Part shown: positions 1 to 8,942 of the stretch, piece after piece | Layout of the letters: every line of letters begins with the position of its first letter | How positions within the stretch are numbered: position 1 is the stretch's first letter | Source: Thermoplasmatota archaeon | GTDB taxonomy: Archaea; Thermoplasmatota; E2; DHVEG-1 | Assembly: GCA_016927555.1 (NCBI GenBank) | Contig: JAFGML010000031.1 | Coordinates: 10,971 to 74,970 of the forward strand | Reading direction: 5' to 3' | DNA: 64,000 nucleotides | Notes under the pieces: generated by a model | Seen by the model: the letters and a program-made list of their open reading frames with translations, nothing else | Databases searched by the model: none | What the model was told of the DNA's origin: nothing | Position numbers and translations under genes: made by a program

Positions 1-515
1 CCGTGTGGGCTAGGCAGGATGCGCACTTCTAAATCTCGTGCACCACCGCCGAGACTAATGAGGATTTTATCTTGTGCATTCGCAAGAGCCAGTAGCTGTT
101 GTTTATGGCGTAGAATTTCTTGTGCTGCGCTGACGACATCGCTGATGTGTAAGAGTTGTATCTGACCAATCATGAGTGGCGCGGTGCATGAGGTGGTAAA
201 CCCTCCCTTCATTCGTGCAATCTTCGCTGCGTTACTTGCTGCAGCGACAACACTGGATTCTTCTGTAGCCATGGGAATCATGTAGTCTTTGCCGTTGATG
301 AGGAAATTCACCGCGATTCCGAGGGGCAGTTCAAATGTACTCAGCACGTTTTCAATCATGCGGTCAGCCGTGGTGAGATCAAGAGGAGTCGCAAAGGACT
401 GTGCCTCATCTGCTGTTAAGTTCGCAAACTCTTTGACAATCTCTCGTCGTTGATTTATTGGTAATTTATACAGGCCTGAGACTACAGATGTTTTTTTTGT
501 AGCGGACATAATCAT
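1..515 (-). CDS. hmgA: Hydroxymethylglutaryl-CoA reductase, class II type (N-terminal part; the gene continues beyond the window start)
   Basis: Absent from the ORF track because there is no stop inside the window. My minus-strand translation from ATG 515 (in-frame alternative ATG 509; GGAGG at 521-525) reads M(IM)SATKKTSVVSGLYKLPINQRREIV...IENVLSTFELPLGIAVNFLINGKDYMIPMATEESSVVAAASNAAKIA. This matches the ELPxG / PMATEEPSVVAA block I recall from class II HMG-CoA reductases. Confidence 0.8.
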   Translation of the reverse strand, partial: MIMSATKKTSVVSGLYKLPINQRREIVKEFANLTADEAQSFATPLDLTTADRMIENVLSTFELPLGIAVNFLINGKDYMIPMATEESSVVAAASNAAKIARMKGGFTTSCTAPLMIGQIQLLHISDVVSAAQEILRHKQQLLALANAQDKILISLGGGARDLEVRILPSPH

Positions 516-559
516 TGACGCCTCCGGTTGTATCCTGAAGTAGTTTTTAGTATTATAAA

Positions 560-808
560 TTATTTCTTTGACCTAGCGAGCTGGGCGCGATCAAAAAGGA
601 TGGTCTTTCCGTAGGTGATTTTGAGGACACGATGGTATGGGATTGATGCTGTTGGTGTCTGCAGAAACGATCGCTCGATGGTGATGATGTCGTCCCCAGA
701 GATGCGTTTCATGTTCTTCGCTGCGCCTCGGTGGAGGTACCAGACCTCAACGTCTTGCAGCGTCTTGGTCCACTTGATTTTATTCAGGACATCTCGTACC
801 TGTGCCAT
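560..808 (-). CDS. Small DUF504/UPF0248-family protein
   Basis: 82 aa with the C-terminal IPYHRVLKI motif typical of this small archaeal family. Its start directly abuts the stop of the upstream MBL gene at 809. Confidence 0.55.
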   Translation of the reverse strand: MAQVRDVLNKIKWTKTLQDVEVWYLHRGAAKNMKRISGDDIITIERSFLQTPTASIPYHRVLKITYGKTILFDRAQLARSKK

Positions 809-1459
809 CTACACCAACATCTGTATGTTCTGCAATGACTGGTGCACATGGTCGTGTCCCTTGTGCTCAACAATAGGTCCGTGACCAGGGTACACGCTTG
901 TGATATCAAGTGCTGCGAGTCGTTCAATAGAGAGCACTAGTGAAGAAAGATCACCACCGGGAAAATCATATCTCCCGAACCCGCCCTGGGCAAAGAGGGT
1001 GTCACCCGAGAACAGAACGCCGTGTTCTGTGTTGTAGAAACAGAGGCTGCCGATGCTATGACCCGGTGTGAGCAGAGGTACAAACACCTCATCACCGATG
1101 GTCAGCTGCGTTGCTTCTGAGAGAGGGACATCGACAGTGACCCGTGGCATGGTTCCCCCGATCATCTCGGCAAATGCGCTTTTTCCTTCACGAAGTTTGT
1201 GTACGATGTCTGCATGGGCAAAGATTTTCGCAGTACCGTTCGAAGCGCGGAGCAGATCATTTGCACCACCTACGTGATCAAAATGCTCATGGGTGAGAAG
1301 AATCTGTTGGATTGCTGTCAGGTTACACACCTGTCGAATCGTCTGAATGATCTGCGGAGAGTGAAACCCGGTACCCGTGTCAATGATGGTAGGCTTCTGA
1401 CCAGGTATGACGTAGACATTTGAGTCGTAGTCCCTACCAGGAATCGTCACAATCTGCAT
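809..1459 (-). CDS. Metallo-beta-lactamase fold hydrolase (glyoxalase II-like)
   Basis: 216 aa with the HxHxDH motif as LLTHEHFDHVGG, plus downstream TPGHSIGS and PGHGP metal-ligand motifs. Confidence 0.8.
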   Translation of the reverse strand: MQIVTIPGRDYDSNVYVIPGQKPTIIDTGTGFHSPQIIQTIRQVCNLTAIQQILLTHEHFDHVGGANDLLRASNGTAKIFAHADIVHKLREGKSAFAEMIGGTMPRVTVDVPLSEATQLTIGDEVFVPLLTPGHSIGSLCFYNTEHGVLFSGDTLFAQGGFGRYDFPGGDLSSLVLSIERLAALDITSVYPGHGPIVEHKGHDHVHQSLQNIQMLV

Positions 1460-1593
1460 GGAATCAAGGGTACCACGTAGGGAAACATAAGGGTATCGCC
1501 AGCAAAGGATTCATATATTTATTAGGGAGAAAGATAATAGGAACAATTAAAAGGTGTATACTGATTACCTCATTGCTTTTGGGGAGCTGGAGT

Positions 1594-2661
1594 ATGAGTA
1601 ACGGAACTATTGTTCATGTTGTAGGCACAGGAACCATAGGGGAGCCGTTAATTGGTTTGCTGTGCGACGCAAAAGAGGATCTAGGGATTGACGAGGTTAC
1701 CTTCTATAAGCACAGCCCTACCTTAGAAGACCGGCCGAAGATAAAAGGGATGGTCAATAGAGGAGCGAACCTCTGCGTTGGGGAAGACAAGTTGAAGGAT
1801 TTCCAGGAGCTTGGGCTTGAGCCGATGTACGATGGTGAGGAAGGCATCAAGCGTGCGTCAGTTGTCATAGATTGTACCCCAAAGGGTACAGGTCTGCTCA
1901 ACAAAGATAAGTTCTACAACAAGTACAAATCGAAAGTCAAAGGCTTTATCGCGCAGGGATCTGAGTTCGGGTTTGGGAAGATGTACGCCTTAGGCATCAA
2001 TGATGAGGCGATTACGAAAAAGGATCAATTCATTCATGTCGTCAGCTGTAATACACACAACATGGCTGTTCTCATTCATACACTGGCTGTAGAGAACAAG
2101 AAGAGTTTTTTGAAAGAGGGGCGGTTCCTCTGCATCAGACGTGCCAATGACATCAGCCAGGTGAAAAGCTTTGTTCCCTCCCCTGAGGTCGGGACCCATA
2201 AAGACGAGAAGATGGGGACGCACCATGCCGTCGATGTCTACCATCTCTACAAAACCCTAGGCATCAATCTGAATGTGTTCTCCAGTGCCATGAAGCTGAA
2301 CACCCAGTACATGCACTGCATCTGGTACGACCTGAAACTGAGTAAAAAAATCACAAAGGACCAAGTGATAAAAAAGTTCATGCAAAACCCCAGGGTCGCC
2401 GTGACGTATAAAAAATCTGCAAACCTTGTCTTTTCTTTTGGAAGAGACCATGGTCACTATGGGAGAATCCTTGACCAGACGGTAGCGGTTCTTCCAACAA
2501 TTCATGTGCTCAATGAGACTGAGGTGATCGGGTTCTGTTTCACCCCGCAGGACGGCAATGCGTTACTGAGCAGTATTGCGATGGCGGAGCGGTTCCTGTA
2601 TCCAGATTCTTATGAGGAGAAACTGCATTGTCTTGGATCAATGTTGATGCAAGAAGTGTAA
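1594..2661 (+). CDS. Divergent archaeal type II glyceraldehyde-3-phosphate dehydrogenase-like NAD(P) oxidoreductase
   Basis: Trimmed from track ORF 1420..2661 to ATG 1594, which is preceded by GGGGAG; the longer form overlaps the convergent MBL gene. It has an N-terminal VHVVGTGTIGEP Rossmann motif. VIDCTPKG, VVSCNTH (catalytic Cys context), RRANDISQV and THHAVDV align by eye with the VIDCTPEG / VSCNTT / RRGADPAQV / SHHGPDV blocks of archaeal GAPDH. Confidence 0.5.
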   Translation: MSNGTIVHVVGTGTIGEPLIGLLCDAKEDLGIDEVTFYKHSPTLEDRPKIKGMVNRGANLCVGEDKLKDFQELGLEPMYDGEEGIKRASVVIDCTPKGTGLLNKDKFYNKYKSKVKGFIAQGSEFGFGKMYALGINDEAITKKDQFIHVVSCNTHNMAVLIHTLAVENKKSFLKEGRFLCIRRANDISQVKSFVPSPEVGTHKDEKMGTHHAVDVYHLYKTLGINLNVFSSAMKLNTQYMHCIWYDLKLSKKITKDQVIKKFMQNPRVAVTYKKSANLVFSFGRDHGHYGRILDQTVAVLPTIHVLNETEVIGFCFTPQDGNALLSSIAMAERFLYPDSYEEKLHCLGSMLMQEV

Positions 2662-2680
2662 AAAAATAAAAAGAAAAAAA
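2661..2680 (-). terminator. Oligo-T terminator candidate downstream of C25 paralog 1
   Basis: The plus strand reads AAAAAATAAAAAGAAAAAAA, so the minus strand carries T-runs starting 9 nt after the stop at 2689. Confidence 0.35.
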
Positions 2681-2688
2681 GGGTTCGG

Positions 2689-4662
2689 TTAGCCGCCACC
2701 GAGTTTGAGGCTGGGGTCGCCGAAAGGCTGATAGATACTGATGCAGTGGTAGTCCATCGCATCTAGTGTTGGATGAGTATTGAGGTATCGATTGATAGCT
2801 CCTTTGTATGCTTCTCCAAAGGTGGATGCGTTCTTTTGTCCTATCGCGTAGAAGAAGTTCGACTCGAGAGCAGCACTGTATTCTAGTGGTGTGCCGCCCC
2901 CTGGTCCGATGCCTAACCCAGTGCCCGCGACAGAGGCAATCGCTCCTCCATAGGGGAGTATACAGAGCCCCCAGGCAAAGCAGACAGGTGCTGGAACACC
3001 ATGGCACCAGTACCGTGTTCGATTCAGGAATCGTGGTAAATCCCGCATGCTTTGGAGCATGGTTACATTGAAGAGTCCGTTGTGACATCCGCCGATAATA
3101 ACGACAGGTAGTTTGTCTCTGTTGGTGAGGCGTATGAAATCAGATACCTTTAACCCGCCGCACCAGTCGGCAGGATACGATCCGTCTGCCCAGATGGTGT
3201 CCCAACGGAGGGGATTACCATGTCCCTCGAAGTTCACGTAGCCTGCGCCTTTTTTAAACTCGCTGATAATGTCTTCGGGGATTGGTCGTGGACCGCCGGT
3301 GTCATTGTTCGTAGCGTAGAGGCGTACGGGGGTGACGAGAGACCCCATGTACTCGATTGCTTTATCGCAGACGTATTCTCCGTCTGGCTTCCCTTGGTAG
3401 AGACGAGAGGTTTTTCCTGCGATGGTCATCATGGTGTCGAACCATGGTTTTTCTAGTACGGTGGTCTGTTCGTAAGTGATTATTTTATTGATGATGGTTT
3501 TGACTTCTCTTTTTGTTGTGCAGGGAAGTCGACTGACGTACACATCTGGTCGGAGGTCAAGGGTATCATCTATTTGTGAATAGCCGTACATATCTGTTTT
3601 TACTTCGGCAAAGATGCTATTGTTGTTGGTGTCCCAGTCATCGAAGATGAGTGTTTTTTTATAGAGATCTGCATAGTAGAGGTCCGAAGGACATCCTGGT
3701 TCATAGGGGCTAGCAGTGGCGCTATAGGCGTCGTAGAGGTAGATATTTGTGTATCTGACAGGGATCCACCAATCTGTACTTCCCTGATTAGCATCTTCTC
3801 TATCATCTGCGTAGAGATGCGATTTTAATCCGCCGACGAGCAACACCGATGTAATATTCCAGGTTTCATACGCATCTCTGATGAATAATTTGATGTCTTC
3901 AGGTCTGTCTCGTCCTTCGTACTCGTCATAGATGTCTTCAGCTGTTTTTAGAATAGTTGTTGTTCCGATAGCATTCTTGTGATCAACAAGTTTTTGGAGA
4001 ATCTGCGAAAAACTTTCTGGTGCTATGATGACTAAATCGCACTCCTCATTCAGAGGGTTGTGTATTAAGGACATAAGAGAATACGTAATGGTAATCTCTC
4101 CTTGGCCACTGAGGTACTTCACCTCATTGTTTGCCGGAGAATATTGAACAGGGTAAATTTCGACATCAACGAAATTGACGATGATGTTATCGTCATTACG
4201 ACCACAGGTGATTCGGTACTCAAATGATGATGAGGGGTAGAATGCGGAGCTTCCATAGATGTGTTCATTTTCTTCTCTACCTTTTTCCGTCGTCAGCGTA
4301 CCAGAAGAACGGAAGATATATCGGGGTGCCGGGCGTATTTTTTGTGAGAGGTGCAGTGTTTTTGCCTCATTGAAATGGCAGCTAACACTGATGGCTGATG
4401 CATGTGCTGGTATCTGAAAATTGTAGACCGAGGTCGGTACAATTGGTGCACCTGGCGTTCGTGTCTGCAATGGTGCTCCGTCCATAGTCACATCAAAATA
4501 CTCTCCCTGTACGGTAAAGCAAGGTTCCGAAGGGAAAACAACAGATTGTGTACATGTTTGTTCAAATTGTTGGATATTTTTTTGTCCAGTGTTAGTAACA
4601 GCAGCCCCTACTCCACTTATAAGAAGGAGTACGACGAGACCTATTGGCAGCAATGCCTTCAT
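2689..4662 (-). CDS. Secreted clan-CD cysteine peptidase, gingipain (C25)-like, paralog 1
   Basis: 657 aa with the signal peptide MKALLPIGLVVLLLISGVGAAV. His/Cys dyad contexts are NFEGHGNP and VVIIGGCHNG, and the C-terminus is FGDPSLKLGGG. GGAGGT lies at 4669-4674 on the minus strand, 6 nt upstream of the ATG. Confidence 0.65.
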   Translation of the reverse strand: MKALLPIGLVVLLLISGVGAAVTNTGQKNIQQFEQTCTQSVVFPSEPCFTVQGEYFDVTMDGAPLQTRTPGAPIVPTSVYNFQIPAHASAISVSCHFNEAKTLHLSQKIRPAPRYIFRSSGTLTTEKGREENEHIYGSSAFYPSSSFEYRITCGRNDDNIIVNFVDVEIYPVQYSPANNEVKYLSGQGEITITYSLMSLIHNPLNEECDLVIIAPESFSQILQKLVDHKNAIGTTTILKTAEDIYDEYEGRDRPEDIKLFIRDAYETWNITSVLLVGGLKSHLYADDREDANQGSTDWWIPVRYTNIYLYDAYSATASPYEPGCPSDLYYADLYKKTLIFDDWDTNNNSIFAEVKTDMYGYSQIDDTLDLRPDVYVSRLPCTTKREVKTIINKIITYEQTTVLEKPWFDTMMTIAGKTSRLYQGKPDGEYVCDKAIEYMGSLVTPVRLYATNNDTGGPRPIPEDIISEFKKGAGYVNFEGHGNPLRWDTIWADGSYPADWCGGLKVSDFIRLTNRDKLPVVIIGGCHNGLFNVTMLQSMRDLPRFLNRTRYWCHGVPAPVCFAWGLCILPYGGAIASVAGTGLGIGPGGGTPLEYSAALESNFFYAIGQKNASTFGEAYKGAINRYLNTHPTLDAMDYHCISIYQPFGDPSLKLGGG

Positions 4663-4751
4663 TCGTTTACCTCCGTGTACTCTCTATTTTGATGTAATTA
4701 TTATTTAAAGTTTATTATAAAATATTTTACATATATTTAAGTTGAACATCT

Positions 4752-4769
4752 AAAAAAAAAGAAAAAAAA
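4752..4769 (-). terminator. Oligo-T terminator candidate downstream of C25 paralog 2
   Basis: The plus strand reads AAAAAAAAAGAAAAAAAA, giving a minus-strand T9-C-T8 about 18 nt after the stop. Confidence 0.4.
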
Positions 4770-4786
4770 GATGAGGAAGTTTTTAC

Positions 4787-6703
4787 TTATGAAGAGTACC
4801 CACCGAACTTCAGACTGGGGTCACCAAACAGCTGCCAGTTGGTGATACAGAATGCTCCTGTCCGGCTCATGGTGTTCTCATTGATGTATTTCTGGATAGC
4901 AGTGCTATGGGCGGTCCCTAGGTTGGTGACACTGTTGTTGCCGATCTGCCAGAAGAAGTTCATCTCCAATTCCGCGCTGAGAGCGACAGGATCACCAGAG
5001 CTTCCAAATCCGTATCCGGTACAGCCGGTTGATGCAATCGCCCCACCGTTGCCTTTCACGACAAGGCCCCAGCAGAAGCAGAAGGGGATAGGCATATTGT
5101 AGCAGAAGTAGTCATGGCCATCGGTGTCCAGCAGAGATCCAAGGAGGGTGACGTTGTACAGACCGTTGTGACAGCCGCCGACGATGACGACAGGCAGCTG
5201 CTCCTTGTTGTGGATGAACGGGAACAGGAACACGTTCACCCCACCAGTCCAATCCTCAGGGTAGGTACCATCATGCCAAATGGTGTTCCAGGAGTAGGGG
5301 TTTCCATGGCCTTCGAAGTCAACAAACCCCGCTCCCTCGTTAAAGGATTTAATGATATCCTTTGGTATCGGCGTGCGACCACCAGTATCTCTGTTGGTCG
5401 TGTAGCATTTCACAGGCACAAGGTCAGGGATGACGTTGGTCATGTAAGTCATCGCAAGGTTCGTGAGGTACTCACCATCAGGGATGCCTTGATACAGAGC
5501 AAAGGTTTTTCCGCCAATGGCTACAAAGTTCTTGTACCAGGGCTTATCCTCAATGCCGCTGCTCTCATAGGTGATGATCTTATCGACGACCACGCCAACC
5601 TCACGGGTGTTTGTACACGCGAGTCGTCCGACGTAGACCTCCGGGTACATGTCAAAGACGTCATTGGGGTACCCCGGGGCGCTGTAGGCTGCGTAGACGC
5701 CGTCGCCGTTGGAGTCCCAGCTGTCGAACGCACCTGTGGCGTTGTACAAGCAGCCGTAATAGACGTCGCAGAGACACGCCTCGTCTTCATCCATAGGGAT
5801 GCTGACGTAGCGTACTGGGATGTGCCAGGCAGCGCTTCCATAGCTTATCGCCTCTTTGTCCTTGGCGTAGAGATGGGATTTCAATCCACCGACGAGTAAG
5901 ACGTAGGTGATACTATAGGTGTCGTACATGTCTTTGATGAAGTACTTCACTTGCTCAGGGGGATCAGCACCGGTGTACTCATCGAAGATGTCTTCTATGG
6001 ATTTAAACAGCGTCGCAACGCCCTTCTCGTTTTTATGCGTGATGAGTGGCTGCAGCTTTGCTTCGAATGTCTCAGGAGCGATAATCACCATGTCATACTG
6101 CTCGCCTGTTGTTGGCTGTGGCGTGGGTGCATCGTAGGAAACACGAATATCAAATCCCTCAGAGAAGATGATCTGATGCTGGGCTGGTGAGTACCGCACA
6201 GGGTAGCAGACGATTTTGGCAAAGACGACCTGTTCGCCTGTCGCGTCTCGTCCTGCTCCAAGTTCACTGGTGGACCAGACATAAGGGTACAATTCACTGC
6301 TTGCGTAGATCGCTGGGTCGGTGACGTATGGTTGGTTATCGAGTTGGGAGACAGGTGCGATACGTGCCGGAGCAACCTGTTTGGTTAAAGACATCGTATG
6401 GGTCTGCTGAGGAGTGGCAGTGATCTGGATGTGCTGCGAGCCCCAGGGCAGTGTAAAGGTTTTCACGTACAGAGGCAGCAGTGGTGCATTCTGCTCAAGG
6501 AGGTGTGTGGTTGTACCAGGCATTGTGAGAGTCACAAAGCCATCTTCCTCGATAACGGAAGGTGCAGATGAGAACACAACCGTGGTTGTCTCCTGGTTTC
6601 GTACGGCAAGTGTGGTTACAGTTGGGTGTGTTTGTAACGCGGCGGCTCCTAGTCCACTAAGGACTACAATACCTATAATAACAAGTGGTATGAATTTCTT
6701 CAT
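4787..6703 (-). CDS. Secreted clan-CD cysteine peptidase, gingipain (C25)-like, paralog 2
   Basis: 638 aa with the signal peptide MKKFIPLVIIGIVVLSGLGAAA. Motifs are DFEGHGNP, VVIVGGCHNG and FGDPSLKFGG. It is collinear with paralogs 1 and 3. Confidence 0.65.
   Translation of the reverse strand: MKKFIPLVIIGIVVLSGLGAAALQTHPTVTTLAVRNQETTTVVFSSAPSVIEEDGFVTLTMPGTTTHLLEQNAPLLPLYVKTFTLPWGSQHIQITATPQQTHTMSLTKQVAPARIAPVSQLDNQPYVTDPAIYASSELYPYVWSTSELGAGRDATGEQVVFAKIVCYPVRYSPAQHQIIFSEGFDIRVSYDAPTPQPTTGEQYDMVIIAPETFEAKLQPLITHKNEKGVATLFKSIEDIFDEYTGADPPEQVKYFIKDMYDTYSITYVLLVGGLKSHLYAKDKEAISYGSAAWHIPVRYVSIPMDEDEACLCDVYYGCLYNATGAFDSWDSNGDGVYAAYSAPGYPNDVFDMYPEVYVGRLACTNTREVGVVVDKIITYESSGIEDKPWYKNFVAIGGKTFALYQGIPDGEYLTNLAMTYMTNVIPDLVPVKCYTTNRDTGGRTPIPKDIIKSFNEGAGFVDFEGHGNPYSWNTIWHDGTYPEDWTGGVNVFLFPFIHNKEQLPVVIVGGCHNGLYNVTLLGSLLDTDGHDYFCYNMPIPFCFCWGLVVKGNGGAIASTGCTGYGFGSSGDPVALSAELEMNFFWQIGNNSVTNLGTAHSTAIQKYINENTMSRTGAFCITNWQLFGDPSLKFGGYSS
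5915..5959. repeat. 45-nt tract identical to 7963..8007 (C25 paralog 2 copy)
   Basis: I compared the two tracts base by base. ATAGGTGTCGTACATGTCTTTGATGAAGTACTTCACTTGCTCAGG is identical in both genes, while the flanking sequence differs at many synonymous sites. Confidence 0.85.
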
Positions 6704-6734
6704 ATGTTCCCTCTCGAGTCAATAACGATTTCTA

Positions 6735-6768
6735 TTATATATAGTTTCTTTTCTTTTATATATAGTTT
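6735..6768 (-). promoter_or_regulatory. Duplicated TATA-like element (13-nt direct repeat TTATATATAGTTT at 6735-6747 and 6756-6768) upstream of C25 paralog 2
   Basis: The minus-strand reading is AAACTATATATAA. The proximal copy lies 32-44 nt upstream of the ATG at 6703, and the second copy is 21 nt further upstream. Confidence 0.35.
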
Positions 6769-6791
6769 ATGGATAAATATAAGTGTGTTGG

Positions 6792-6817
6792 AAAAAAAAA
6801 TGAAAAAATAAAAAAAA
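6792..6817 (-). terminator. Oligo-T terminator candidate downstream of C25 paralog 3
   Basis: Plus-strand A-runs (A9, A6, A8) give minus-strand T-runs just after the stop at 6832. Confidence 0.4.
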
Positions 6818-6831
6818 GAGAGATGCTCCGC

Positions 6832-8754
6832 TTATGCGGAGTATCCACCAAACAGGAGGCTTGGGTCTCCGAAGAGCGCCCAGTTGGTGATGACAAAGGC
6901 CTCGATTTGGTTGATGTCCTCTTCAGCGATGAACTTCTGTATTGCTTTGCTGTGCGCCTCGGCAAGGTTTGTTGCCCCGTTCATCCCGATTTGCCAGAAG
7001 AAGTTCGACTCGAGTTCTCCGCTGAGGCTCACTGGGTTTCCCTGGTACCCCATACCGTATCCTGTGCAGCCGGTTGATGCAATAGCACCACCGAAGGGTT
7101 TTACGACAAGACCCCAGCTGAAGCAGATGAACACGGGGTACCCGTAGGCGAAGTAGCTAGCTCCAGTTTTGTCCTTCATGGCTGGGATGAGTGAGATGTT
7201 GTACATCCCGTTGTGGCATCCGCCAACCACGATGACAGGGTATTTCTTCCCGGACTGGATCTTCCAGAAGTTCTCTATCCCGATGCCGCCAACCCAGTCG
7301 TGCTCCTCGTAGGAGCCGTCAAACCAGATGGTGTCCCACCTCGCTGGGCTGCCGTGTCCCTCGAAGTCAACAAACCCAGCACCCTGGGAAATCCCCTTAG
7401 AGATACCGGTCTTGTCAGGGACGTAGATGCTAATGTCCCTGTTTGTTGAGTACACCCGGATCGGGTTGAGGTCTGGGATGAGGTTAGTCATGTAGTCAAT
7501 AGCGAGGTCACAGAGGTACTCCCCATCAGGTTTTCCAGCGTAGTAATCAAAGGTTTTTCCACCGATGCCCACCATGTTCTTGTACCAGTCTTTATCCTCA
7601 GGTCCCGTGCTCTCGTAGTCGATAATCTTTTTCACCAGGTTCTTCAACTCCCATGCCTTGGCAACAGGTAGTCGACTCACGTAGACTTCAGGGTTCATGT
7701 CGAATTTATCGTTGATGGAACCAGGTGAGCCCCAGGCTGCGTAGACGCCGTCTCCATTGGAGTCCCAAGAGTCAAACGCACCAGTGCCGTTGTATAAACA
7801 CCCGTAGTATAGATCGCAGAGACATCCTTCATCGTCTTCCTCTGGGATGCTGACATAGCGGACCGGTACATGCCAATCGGTGTACCCAGCAGATTTGGTG
7901 TCCTTGTCCATGGCGTAGATGTGGGATTTAATACCGCCGACCAATAATGCGTAGGTGATGTCATAGGTGTCGTACATGTCTTTGATGAAGTACTTCACTT
8001 GCTCAGGTTGGTCGTAGCCAGTGTATTCCACTAAGATGTCCTCCATGGATTTGAACATCGTGGCAACACCCTTGTCAGTTTTATGGTCAATGAGAGGCTG
8101 CAGTATGGCTTCAAATGCCGCGGGAGCGATAATGACCATGTCGTACTCGTCACCGCTCGTTGTTTTTGGAGTGGGTGCGTCGTAGGTCATACTAATTTCG
8201 AACCCATTGGTGTAGGTCACAAGGTTGTTGACTGGTGAGTAGCGGACAGGGTAACAGATGACTTTCACAAATGTAACCTGCAGATTATCTTCATTGCGTC
8301 CTGCGCCTAGCTCATAGCGATACCAGCTGCTTGGGTAGAGCTCAGCGCTGGTATAGACTGATGCATCAAGAACATAGTCTGTCCTTTCGCTCATTTTAGA
8401 CAAGGGGGCGACCTGAGCAGGAATGACCTGTAGGTTGAGCTTCATTGTGCTAATATCTTGTGGTGAACAGACCACCTGGATGTTCTGTGATCCAAAGGGA
8501 ATCTGATACGTCTTGACATAGATGGGTAGCACGGGTTTGTTCTGAGCAATGAGTTCCGTGGTTGCCCCCTCGATGTCAATGGTCACAAACCCGTCTTTTT
8601 CTTGGAGGACCGGTTGTGATGAAAACTGTACAGACACCGAGTGTGTTTCAGTGGTCATCGTGTTCTTCGTTGAGACGTTCGTGTTGAACGCAGCTGCCCC
8701 TAGTCCACTGAGGACTAAAATGCTTACTATTACGATTGGTATGAATTTCTTCAT
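6832..8754 (-). CDS. Secreted clan-CD cysteine peptidase, gingipain (C25)-like, paralog 3
   Basis: The start is set at the second ATG (MKKFIPIVIV...) to match the N-terminus of paralog 2; the track ORF starts 12 nt upstream at 8766. Motifs are DFEGHGSP, VIVVGGCHNG and FGDPSLLFGG. Confidence 0.65.
   Translation of the reverse strand: MKKFIPIVIVSILVLSGLGAAAFNTNVSTKNTMTTETHSVSVQFSSQPVLQEKDGFVTIDIEGATTELIAQNKPVLPIYVKTYQIPFGSQNIQVVCSPQDISTMKLNLQVIPAQVAPLSKMSERTDYVLDASVYTSAELYPSSWYRYELGAGRNEDNLQVTFVKVICYPVRYSPVNNLVTYTNGFEISMTYDAPTPKTTSGDEYDMVIIAPAAFEAILQPLIDHKTDKGVATMFKSMEDILVEYTGYDQPEQVKYFIKDMYDTYDITYALLVGGIKSHIYAMDKDTKSAGYTDWHVPVRYVSIPEEDDEGCLCDLYYGCLYNGTGAFDSWDSNGDGVYAAWGSPGSINDKFDMNPEVYVSRLPVAKAWELKNLVKKIIDYESTGPEDKDWYKNMVGIGGKTFDYYAGKPDGEYLCDLAIDYMTNLIPDLNPIRVYSTNRDISIYVPDKTGISKGISQGAGFVDFEGHGSPARWDTIWFDGSYEEHDWVGGIGIENFWKIQSGKKYPVIVVGGCHNGMYNISLIPAMKDKTGASYFAYGYPVFICFSWGLVVKPFGGAIASTGCTGYGMGYQGNPVSLSGELESNFFWQIGMNGATNLAEAHSKAIQKFIAEEDINQIEAFVITNWALFGDPSLLFGGYSA
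7963..8007. repeat. 45-nt tract identical to 5915..5959 (C25 paralog 3 copy)
   Basis: Same comparison as above. On the minus strand it encodes PEQVKYFIKDMYDTY. Confidence 0.85.
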
Positions 8755-8942
8755 ATTTTTCCCCATACGTATACTACCGTTTTGTGATATATAAACTTAA
8801 CCCTGCCAAAATGAGAAATTATCTTTTTTAATTATATTAATAGACAATTTTGTAATTATTCCTTAAAGTTACACTTTTGTGCTCAAAACATTTAAATAAA
8901 AGCATCTTTTTCTTTATATGATACGAGTGGAGGAAAAATAGT

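Noticed and set aside
1420-1593. 58-codon N-terminal extension of the GAPDH-like ORF
   Set aside because: It overlaps the 5' end of the divergent MBL gene. The Rossmann fold starts right after ATG 1594, which has a GGGGAG ribosome-binding site.
5114-5899. 261-aa plus-strand ORF inside C25 paralog 2, with similar antisense ORFs in paralogs 1 and 3
   Set aside because: It lies antisense to a gene with strong paralog and motif support. It has Val/Asp/Gly-rich mirror composition and no ribosome-binding site or promoter.
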